In this document: positions 28,792 through 37,200 of the stretch, in pieces
Layout: each line of letters opens with the position of its first letter
Numbering within the stretch: the first letter of the stretch is position 1
Source of the DNA: Gammaproteobacteria bacterium
Lineage (GTDB): Bacteria; Pseudomonadota; Gammaproteobacteria; Eutrophobiales; Eutrophobiaceae
Direction of reading: 5' to 3'
DNA: 64,000 bases
Assembly: GCA_965116585.1 (NCBI GenBank)
Contig: OZ220714.1
Coordinates: 1,477,088 to 1,541,087 of the forward strand
Notes under the pieces: model-generated
What the model saw: only the letters and a program-made list of their open reading frames with translations
Databases searched by the model: none
What the model was told of the DNA's origin: nothing
Program-made: the position numbers and the translations under genes

Positions 28792-28908
28792 CACAAATGG
28801 AGCAAAAATGAATTGATTGATGCTGGACCCATCCTGTCTGGCAACCATGGCGACCTTTTCTTTTAATGATGTCGGTAGTCTCAATGGATAGGTTGATATT
28901 TCAGCCAT
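28693..28908 (-). CDS. Possible small ribbon-helix-helix (Arc/CopG-like) DNA-binding protein; the C-terminal part of this ORF overlaps the mmuM 3' end antisense
   Basis: MAEISTYPLRLPTSLKEKVAMVARQDGSSINQFI fits the RHH pattern (beta-strand xPhRhP, then two helices). Strong GAGGAG RBS 8 nt upstream of the ATG at 28906-28908. The true stop is uncertain. Confidence 0.35.
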   Translation of the reverse strand: MAEISTYPLRLPTSLKEKVAMVARQDGSSINQFIFAPFVSNPQVVLQLPDMLRADAAAAADDLCALAEPLF

Positions 28909-29175
28909 TTCTTACTCTCCTCAATGCTTCCGCTGGATTGATCACTGCAATATTAACATTGTCGATACCATACTGGCACTGCTGGGCGGCTCTGAACATG
29001 CCAAAGTTAAGCTAACACCGGTCAGAAACTTGTCCCCACGGAGATCTTGATTGAGCGTAGCGGGGTGTTGGTCTCGAAGGTATCCACGAACGGGTCCGGG
29101 CCGGGGAAGCCGAAGTCTGCGCCGATTGTTACGTATCAGTTTGTTCATTTTCGTTCCTCCGGTAACTTTAGTGTT

Positions 29176-30228
29176 TCAAGAAGCGCTTGCCATGACGTTG
29201 GCGGTCTGTTCCGCAAACAGTGTTTTCATGATCCTGCGCGCTTTCATCGAGTGCGTATCCGCGCTGACGAGAATCTCCCGCGGATTTTGTTGTGCCGAGA
29301 TCATTTTCTCGACCGCCTCCACCGCGTCGATGTCCTCATCGATCACCGCGGCAAATACGTTATTGACCGTGTCGGTAACGTCCTGATTGTCTCGGGCAAA
29401 GGTGCGCGACCAGGCCACCAGGTAGTTGGTGGAGGTGGCGGTTGCCGGGGTCACCGCGTGACAGACCCGGTACTGGGCGATCGCCTCGCCACCCGGTTCG
29501 ATAAACTTCTCCCGCGCCACGTGCAGGTTAGGCGGATAAAAATCGATCAGCACCTCGCGATCCAGCGGCCCTTCAGTGCCCAGCGCGTCCTTGAAGAAAC
29601 CGGTGAGTTTCTCGTTAGGGATCATACGCAGCCCGCGCAGGAAGCCATCATGTTCGGTAATTTCCACCTGGGTCGCGGCCACGGAATCCGTGCCTATGGT
29701 GCCCGGGTGCAGGTAGGACAGGTGCGAAATATCAGTGAGGTTCTCATGCAGCAACTGGGCGCGGCCGTTGATCTGGTTGGTGAGCGCCGGCAGCGCCAGC
29801 CATCCGGGTTCGGTCAGGCGTATTTCGTCGTGGTCGGGTATGCGGTCGGGGTCGGCCTGTGCCGGGTCGCCAACCCAGATCCACAGCCACTCCCATTGCT
29901 CGACCAGCACGTAAGCCGGTACCCGGCAGACTTCAGGGATGGTGTCCTGGCTGGGTATGTGCACGCACTTGCCGTCCGGGCCGTACTGGAACCCGTGGTA
30001 GCCGCATTCCAGCACGTCGCCGCGCACCCGGCCCTTGCCCAGCGGGAAACTGCGGTGCGAGCAACGCCCATGCAGGGCAACGGCCCTGCCTTTGGTATCG
30101 CGGTAGAACACCACTGGTTGCCCGCAGATCCAGCGCTCGAACGGACGCTCGGCGGTGACCTCGCTGCTCCAGGCCGCGACGTACCATTGGTTTTGCAGGA
30201 AATCTTCGCCTTCAGCAAATGGCCACAT
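29176..30228 (-). CDS. Rieske non-haem iron oxygenase alpha subunit, VanA/phthalate-family (O-demethylase-like)
   Basis: Rieske ligands CSHRSF…CGYHGF. C-terminal catalytic domain. 350 aa, typical of VanA-like single-component oxygenases. Confidence 0.85.
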   Translation of the reverse strand: MWPFAEGEDFLQNQWYVAAWSSEVTAERPFERWICGQPVVFYRDTKGRAVALHGRCSHRSFPLGKGRVRGDVLECGYHGFQYGPDGKCVHIPSQDTIPEVCRVPAYVLVEQWEWLWIWVGDPAQADPDRIPDHDEIRLTEPGWLALPALTNQINGRAQLLHENLTDISHLSYLHPGTIGTDSVAATQVEITEHDGFLRGLRMIPNEKLTGFFKDALGTEGPLDREVLIDFYPPNLHVAREKFIEPGGEAIAQYRVCHAVTPATATSTNYLVAWSRTFARDNQDVTDTVNNVFAAVIDEDIDAVEAVEKMISAQQNPREILVSADTHSMKARRIMKTLFAEQTANVMASAS

Positions 30229-30255
30229 GTGCTTCTCTCCGCGTATTTACTGTTA

Positions 30256-31599
30256 TCAGCCGACTGCCGCCACCTCTGCCGGCGCGGCATCGGAATAGTC
30301 GATCAGTCGCGACTTATATACTTCCCGCGGCAGCGTTCCGTACGGCACCAGCCGGATATCGGTTGGCACCAGCAGCCGTGACTTCACCTCATCGGTAATG
30401 CGTTGTTGCAGGTGCAAGGGCGGCGCCGGGCTCTGTTCTCCGAGTTCCACCACCACCGGCAACGGCAGGGATTGCCTGACGCCTTGCTGTCTCGGGCGCA
30501 CCTGTATCAGGCCCGACACGTCAGGCGTGAACTCCTTGAGCACGCTGCGCAGCGCCGACGGGAACAGGTTAACACCGCGTACAATAAGCATATCGTCGGT
30601 GCGTCCCACGCAGCGTATTCTGGGGCCGGTGCGCCCCAGCGGGTTGGGTTGCATGTTGACCACGACGTGGTCGCGGCTGCGGAAGCGCAGCAGCGGCATG
30701 GCTTCCCGCTGCAATGCCGTGTACACCAGTTCGCCCTCGGCGCCGTCTTTCCAGGCGCGCGGCGCACCGGTATCGGGGTCTATCAATTCAACGTGGGCAT
30801 AGCCGCGCGCCATGAAGTGCATGCCGTTGCCGTCCGCGTCCTCGGCCCAGGCCGATAAGGTAATGTCGCCGATACCCATGGACTCGCGTACCCGGCAACC
30901 GAACGCGTCTTCCAGGCGCCCGCGAATCAACGGGTCGCCACCACCCGGCTCACCGGCGGTAATCATGTTTTTCAGCCCCAGGCTGCGGGTCGCGATACCC
31001 TGCTTGGCACACCAGTCGATAAGGTACAGTCCGTAGGAGGGCGTGCAACTGATCCCCGTCGCCTGCAAGCGTTGCATGGCGCTGACCAGCCGTTCGGTAT
31101 TGCCGGTGCCTATGGGGATGACCGTGCAACCTATCTTGTTAAAACCGTCATACACCGCGCCGGCGACAAACGGCCCCGCGTTAAACCCGACTACGATACG
31201 CTGCTCCCTGGAAAAACCGGCCGCCGTGTAACCGCGCGCGACATTGGTCGCGTACGCGTCCAGGTCGTTACGGGTCATGCCCAGCAGGCAGGACACCCCG
31301 GTGGTGCCGCTGGTATTGTAAATACGGCGTAATGCTTCCGGGGGGCAGGCCAAGTGCTCACCGAACGGTGGGGAAGCGGCCTGGGTCGCCCTCAGCTCGT
31401 CTTTCTCCGTGAACGGCAGGTGCGCGATGTTATCCAGTTCTCCCACCTGTTCCGGGCTGTGAAACCCGGCCTCGCGCAACTTGCGCTGGTAAAATGTGGA
31501 GCGCTCAAACAGGTACCTGACCTGGTTCCGGTAGGTTTCCCGGTCCAGTGCGAACTGTTCATCGACCGGGCGGGTTTCAATTTCCCGGTCGAACATCAA
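30256..31599 (-). CDS. Phenylacetate-CoA ligase-like adenylate-forming enzyme (PaaK / F390 synthetase family)
   Basis: AMP-binding motif TSGTTGVS. 447 aa. ATGA overlap with the upstream VOC gene. Confidence 0.85.
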   Translation of the reverse strand: MMFDREIETRPVDEQFALDRETYRNQVRYLFERSTFYQRKLREAGFHSPEQVGELDNIAHLPFTEKDELRATQAASPPFGEHLACPPEALRRIYNTSGTTGVSCLLGMTRNDLDAYATNVARGYTAAGFSREQRIVVGFNAGPFVAGAVYDGFNKIGCTVIPIGTGNTERLVSAMQRLQATGISCTPSYGLYLIDWCAKQGIATRSLGLKNMITAGEPGGGDPLIRGRLEDAFGCRVRESMGIGDITLSAWAEDADGNGMHFMARGYAHVELIDPDTGAPRAWKDGAEGELVYTALQREAMPLLRFRSRDHVVVNMQPNPLGRTGPRIRCVGRTDDMLIVRGVNLFPSALRSVLKEFTPDVSGLIQVRPRQQGVRQSLPLPVVVELGEQSPAPPLHLQQRITDEVKSRLLVPTDIRLVPYGTLPREVYKSRLIDYSDAAPAEVAAVG

Positions 31600-32138
31600 C
31601 GGTGGTACGCCTCGTTATTCGGGGTGTGGTCACCGGCAAGCCAGCGCTCAAGTTCGCGCTGGGCCTTGCCGCGCTGGTCTGCGTTGATCTGGTCCATGTC
31701 CTCGTGATCGACGGTAAACTCGATCAGCAGTTTGGACGGGTCATAGACATACAGCGAATAGCAGTAGCCGTGGTTGAGGATGTACATGTCGGGCTCCTGG
31801 TAGCCGGCGTCCCGTAGTCGCGCGACGATGCCATCCTGGGTCTCCTGGTCTACCTTCATGGCCAGGTGCCGGAACGCGGAAAGCGGTAACTCCGGCCCGA
31901 ATTCCTGCTGGTCGTCCTCGTTGGCAAACTGGAAAAAAGCCAGGCATTCGCCATCACCGATATCAAAAAAGCAATGCATATAGATGCGTTCCTTGCCGAA
32001 CAAATCGTTCTTCTCACACCAGGTCGCCACCAGCGGGAAACCGATGATGTCCTCGTAGAACTTCCTGGTAGCCACCATATCCGCAGTGACGTGCGCATTG
32101 TGGTGCAGCCGGCTGTATGCCTTGGGTTTCTCGTTCAT
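31596..32138 (-). CDS. VOC-family (glyoxalase / extradiol dioxygenase-like) protein
   Basis: Two beta-alpha-beta-beta-beta modules with His/Glu metal ligands (HHNAHVTAD…). Confidence 0.75.
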   Translation of the reverse strand: MNEKPKAYSRLHHNAHVTADMVATRKFYEDIIGFPLVATWCEKNDLFGKERIYMHCFFDIGDGECLAFFQFANEDDQQEFGPELPLSAFRHLAMKVDQETQDGIVARLRDAGYQEPDMYILNHGYCYSLYVYDPSKLLIEFTVDHEDMDQINADQRGKAQRELERWLAGDHTPNNEAYHR

Positions 32139-32442
32139 TTTCAGTTACTCCCCCGGGGTGTCCGATTACCGTAACGTGTTATAGCGCGGGATACTATAAT
32201 TTTCGGAAATCGAAGTCAAGTTCGATATGCGAAAAAACTGAACACAGCTTAGGATAACATTTTCAAGATACGCGGTAAATACATCCCGGTACGCTCGACT
32301 ACAGCCATCCCTGGCTTCCGACGGTCTTGTAAATGTTATCCCAAGCTGCCCGTACACTGACATGCCTCCCTTTAACCATTTTGATTCATGCTATAGTTAA
32401 TTGTTCGAACTCCTGTAACTTCAACGAGATAGGGTAATACTG

Positions 32443-33210
32443 GTGAACGACAAGGCGCCGCCGAGCACGGCTATTTGCGGGTTTGACGCTGACAACATAC
32501 TGATTCGCGGGAAAAATCTCGTGAGTGACATCATGGGCAAGTATTCGTTTACGGAATTGTTCCTGCTACAGGCGCTGGGTCGGGAACCTACGGCCCGGCA
32601 ATGCCGCATCGTGGACGCGGTGATGGTGACCATCATGGAACATGGACTGGTGCCTTCGGCGCTGGCTACCCGCTTGACGCATCATGGCGCACCGGAGTCG
32701 TTCCAGGGCGCGGTGGCTGCCGGTCTGCTGGGGGTGGGTGATCGTTATGCCGGCACTGCCGGAGAGTGTGGGGCGCTGCTGGAAGCGATCGTGGCCGCGC
32801 CGGAACCGGAGCGGCAGTCCGTAGCGATGGAGCAGGTTAAAGCTCATCGGCAGATGCGCCGACCCGTTCCCGGTTTCGGCCATCCTATCCATCACGGCAC
32901 AGACCCGCGTGTTGAGAAACTGCTGGAGATTGCGGCGGCGGCGGAGATAGACGGGGACTACGTCAAGGCGATGCGTTTGCTTGAATCCTGTCTGCAGAAG
33001 GCGCTGGACAGACCCCTGGTGATTAACGTCAGCGCCGCCATTGCCGCGGTGCTGGGTGAAGCCGGGGTACCGGCCGCCATGATGCGCGGGGTGGTGCTGA
33101 CCGCCCGCTGCGCCGGCCTGGTGGGCCACCTGTTCGAAGAAATGAATAATCCGATCGCGGGCGCGCTGTGGGTTGACGGCAAGAAAAATATTCAATACCA
33201 GGACCACTAA
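32443..33210 (+). CDS. Citrate-synthase-like small-domain protein (citryl-CoA lyase-like)
   Basis: GFGHPIH resembles the citrate synthase GFGHRVY catalytic motif. ~255 aa, short-form family. Confidence 0.65.
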   Translation: MNDKAPPSTAICGFDADNILIRGKNLVSDIMGKYSFTELFLLQALGREPTARQCRIVDAVMVTIMEHGLVPSALATRLTHHGAPESFQGAVAAGLLGVGDRYAGTAGECGALLEAIVAAPEPERQSVAMEQVKAHRQMRRPVPGFGHPIHHGTDPRVEKLLEIAAAAEIDGDYVKAMRLLESCLQKALDRPLVINVSAAIAAVLGEAGVPAAMMRGVVLTARCAGLVGHLFEEMNNPIAGALWVDGKKNIQYQDH

Positions 33211-34013
33211 TGTGGGTTGACGTCAGCGGCGGCCGGTTGTACCTGGAGCAGGCGGGGGAAGGAACACCGTTACTGCTGATGCACGGCTGGACCCTGGACC
33301 ACCGTATGTTTGCACCGCAGATGTCACCGCTCAGTGAACGCTTGCATGTCATCACCTACGATCGGCGCGGGTTTGGCCGCTCTGACGTGACCCCGGACCT
33401 GGACCTGGAACTTGACGACCTGGACCGCATCGCTGACGTCTTGTCCCTGGATACCTTGCACCTGCTGGGCATGTCCCAGGGCGCGCGGCTGGCGTTGCGC
33501 TATGCCGTGACCAGGCCGCAACGCTTACGCTCCCTGCTATTGCAGGGCGCGGTGGTGGACGGGCTGGTCGTCGACGGGCCGGAGCATGAGACCATTCCTT
33601 TCTTCGACTATGCGGAACTGGTGCGCACCGGACAGATCGAGCTCATGCGCCGGCGCTGGTCGCAGCATCCGTTACTGGCGCTACGTCCTGGGCTGGCGCG
33701 CGCCAGACACCTGCTTGACGACATCCTCAACGATTACAACGGCGCCGACCTGCTCGATTTCTCGCCAGAGATGTTTACCACCACCCTGGACGTGCTCGGG
33801 AAACTTCCCCTGTTGCGCGTGCCGACCCTGCTCCTCACCGGCGCAATGGAAACCGTCCGGCTGCGGGCACATGCCGGAAAACTGCTGGAGCTGATTCCGC
33901 ACAGCCGGGAGGTGGTCTTTGCACACAGCGGCCACCTGAGCAACATGAGCGAACCGGAGTTATTTAACGAGCAGGTGCTGCGCTTCTGCGCGGGTGTTGA
34001 TGAGGTACTGTAA
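33210..34013 (+). CDS. Alpha/beta-fold hydrolase
   Basis: HGW oxyanion motif and GMSQG nucleophile elbow. Confidence 0.85.
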   Translation: MWVDVSGGRLYLEQAGEGTPLLLMHGWTLDHRMFAPQMSPLSERLHVITYDRRGFGRSDVTPDLDLELDDLDRIADVLSLDTLHLLGMSQGARLALRYAVTRPQRLRSLLLQGAVVDGLVVDGPEHETIPFFDYAELVRTGQIELMRRRWSQHPLLALRPGLARARHLLDDILNDYNGADLLDFSPEMFTTTLDVLGKLPLLRVPTLLLTGAMETVRLRAHAGKLLELIPHSREVVFAHSGHLSNMSEPELFNEQVLRFCAGVDEVL

Positions 34014-34044
34014 TGATCTGAATAGCGCCACACTCGTCACTACA

Positions 34045-34200
34045 AACCCTCCTTAAAATGCCACCTCTTGACCATCAGCGTGACCTATGTACTATACTTC
34101 ATAAAGAGCCAGTAACAACGCGCAATAACACCCGGCACAGGCCGCACCATGAATAACACGATGTAATAATAATTGGAGGCTATCCTCATGAGCAAACCCG
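34045..34200 (+). promoter_or_regulatory. Promoter/5'UTR block of giant gene 1 (TTGACC-16/17-TACTAT around 34068-34096); ~150 bp near-identical copy at 40938-41092
   Basis: Direct sequence comparison. Only ~3 mismatches over the shared ~140 bp, including an identical GGAGG RBS and MSKP start. Confidence 0.65.
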
Positions 34201-37200
34201 TTGGAACCCTTGAGCAAATCGCTGATCAACTGATTCAAGGCGCCATCAAATGGGCCACGTCCAGCGCCAGGCCCATCCCGGTGGATCTCTCCCGCCTTGA
34301 CGCCGACGGCCAATTCCTCGCCCGCACCGCGCTCGACTTGTGGACCAGCGCCACCGGCATCAGGTTCGAGGAGGTCAGCATCCCAGTCGACCAGGGCGGG
34401 ACTCCGCAGGACCGCGGCATACTCTTCGAGTATCACAGTTCATCCCAGTTCACTTGGCATACCTATGGTGTCGACGGCTGGATTTCCTCCTCCGTCCGTG
34501 TGCGCCAGGCCGTTGCGTCCAACGCCGTCAGCCAGAATCAGTCCGGCGAATACACCATCGACAATCCGCGATCACTGCATATTTTCGTGCACGAGATCGG
34601 CCATGCCCTCGGGCTTGGGCATCCCGGTAACTACGACGGCGGCGGGGTGACTTATGAGAATAACGCCAAATTCGCCAACGACAGTTGGCAGATCTCGGTC
34701 ATGTCCTACTTCAGGCAAGAGGAGAACACCTGGCTCGACGCCACCAACGCTGGTCCGGCGACCCCCATGGCCGCCGACATCCTCGCCCTTGAGAAGCTTT
34801 ACGGAGACAGCAATGCCATCCGTACCGGCGACACTACCTATGGCTTCCATTCCGACGCCGGCGGCTTCCTCGACGAGCTTGCCCGGCACATGCAGGCAGG
34901 CGGGCTGTTCGCCTTTACCCTGATCGACGACGGCGGCACGGACACTTTTGATTATTCCGGTGCCAGTAAGGACAGCCGCGTTGACCTGACCCCCGGTGCC
35001 GCCTCCGACATCTTCGGTGGCGAGGGCAACATGGTGATCTACCAGGACAGCGTCATCGAGCATTTTGCCGGTGGCGCCGGTGCTGACGATGTCACCGGCA
35101 ATGATGTCAACAACGTGCTTCGTGGCAATGCAGGGAATGACACACTCGATGGCGGCGAGGGTAATGACATTCTGATCGGTGGCGCCGGCGGCGATACCTT
35201 GACGGGTGGCGCCGGCACCGACACCTTCTGGTTTGCGCACAGTAATTTCGGCGCCGACACCATCACCGATTTCGAGGATGGCGCGGAGCAGATCAGTTTC
35301 AGCGGCTCGGGACTCAGCTATACCGATCTCACCATCAGCGACAGTGGCGCCGACAAGCTCATCGACGCCGGCGCTGGCAACCGTATCACCCTGACCGGGC
35401 AGGCGGGCGCCACGATTGACGCGGCGGACTTCGTCTTCGTCGAGCCGAGCCTGACCATCGACGACGTCACGGTCATTGAAAGCGGCACCGCCCGGTTTGT
35501 GCTGCGCCTGTCCAGCGCTGTCACGACCAACGTTGCTGTCGAATGGCGCACTCAGGATGGTACTGCTATTGACGGCAGCGACTATAAGGGCGCCAGCCAA
35601 TGGCAGACTGCCGTAATTCGTGCGACAGAGCTCGAAACGGCAATTGAAATTCGGATAGCCCACGACCTCATCGTTGAGGGCGACGAGAATTTCAGCCTTG
35701 AGCTGCGCAATCCGCAAGGCGCTACCCTCACCGATGCGACGGTCGAAGCTGTCATCAAGAACGCCGCCCCACCCGTCGTATCGGTTGGGGATGTCACGGT
35801 TAACGAATCACAAGGCCCGGCGCAGATTCCCGTCACGCTTGACCGGCCGCTCGAGGCAGGTGAGCAGGTCACTTTCCGCTTACGCTTTCTTGACGGCACC
35901 GCTGAAGGAGGGGCTGATTACAATGTTCTGAAGAATGCCGCCGCCAGGAAGGTATACGTCATCGAGGGTGAGGGCGCCGACCAGTTGCTCGTGCCGCGTG
36001 CCGTAATCAACGATAAACTCCACGAGTCAGACGAGCAGTTCACGCTTGAGATTTTCAACGTTGAAGGCGCAACGGTGGCGGATGCGACCGGCACTGTCAC
36101 TATCGTCGACAATGACAATGATTCCCATCCCACAATCTCATTAGGCGCCTCAGGGATTGCGAATGAAGGCCGCTATGCCATCGTAGGTGTGCAGTTGAGC
36201 AAGCCGCACGATGAAGAAATCACTGTCTACTATACGGTGAATAATTTTACCGCGACAGAGGGTGAGGACTATTTGCGTGGCTACACGGGCTCTTCGGGAC
36301 AAGTCACTGTGCCAGCGGGTCAGCTTTACGCGCCGATTGTTGTGGAGACCCTAGCTGACAGCAAGGACGAAGGATGGTATGAGGATGCCTTGGTGCGAAT
36401 TACCGGTGTCGAGGGAAATTTCAAGCTTCAGCGATTTGCGACCCAGCGCTCAATAACCATCTACGAGGATAACTACAAAACAATCCATCCTGTCAGCATT
36501 GAAGATATTACCGTCATTGAAGGCGGGAAGGCCCAAATAACTCTCAGCAAGCCTACCCGGTATGATGGCGGTGTCTTGATAGATGTGAGCACCGCAGATG
36601 GCACGGCGCAGGCTGGTAGCGACTATATAGCCGTCACCAATCAGCAGGTCTTTATTCCTTCGGACGCCTACAGCGCCAGTTTTACCGTGGACATCCTGGA
36701 TGATGGTGTTCTCGAAGGTGAGGAAAGCTTCAAAGTCATCTTGAACGAACTGAAAGGTGGCGCCAGGCTGGTGGATTCGGTTGCCACTGTCTCGATACTC
36801 GACGGGCCTTCTTCAACAGGGCAGGAACAGCAAGCGGAGGAGACGCCCGCATACGATGGTCTGACCGTCACCGGCACCGACGCCGGTGAGATATTGGAAG
36901 GTGACAGGGACGGCGACCTGATCGAAGGCCTTGGCGGGAATGACGATCTGTTCGGCTACGGCGGCGATGACATCATCAGGGGTGGGCCCGGCAAGGATTT
37001 CCTCGAAGGCGGCGCGGGCGATGACATACTCGAGGGTGGCGCGGACAGCGACGTCCTGACCGGCGCACTCGGTAACGACACTTTGCGCGGCGGCGCCGGT
37101 GCGGATGCGTTTGACATCTACGGTGGAGACGGGCAGGACGTGGTGGAAGACTTCGATCCGGATGCCGGCGATATGGTCATCCTGGACTCGGTGGGCTTTG

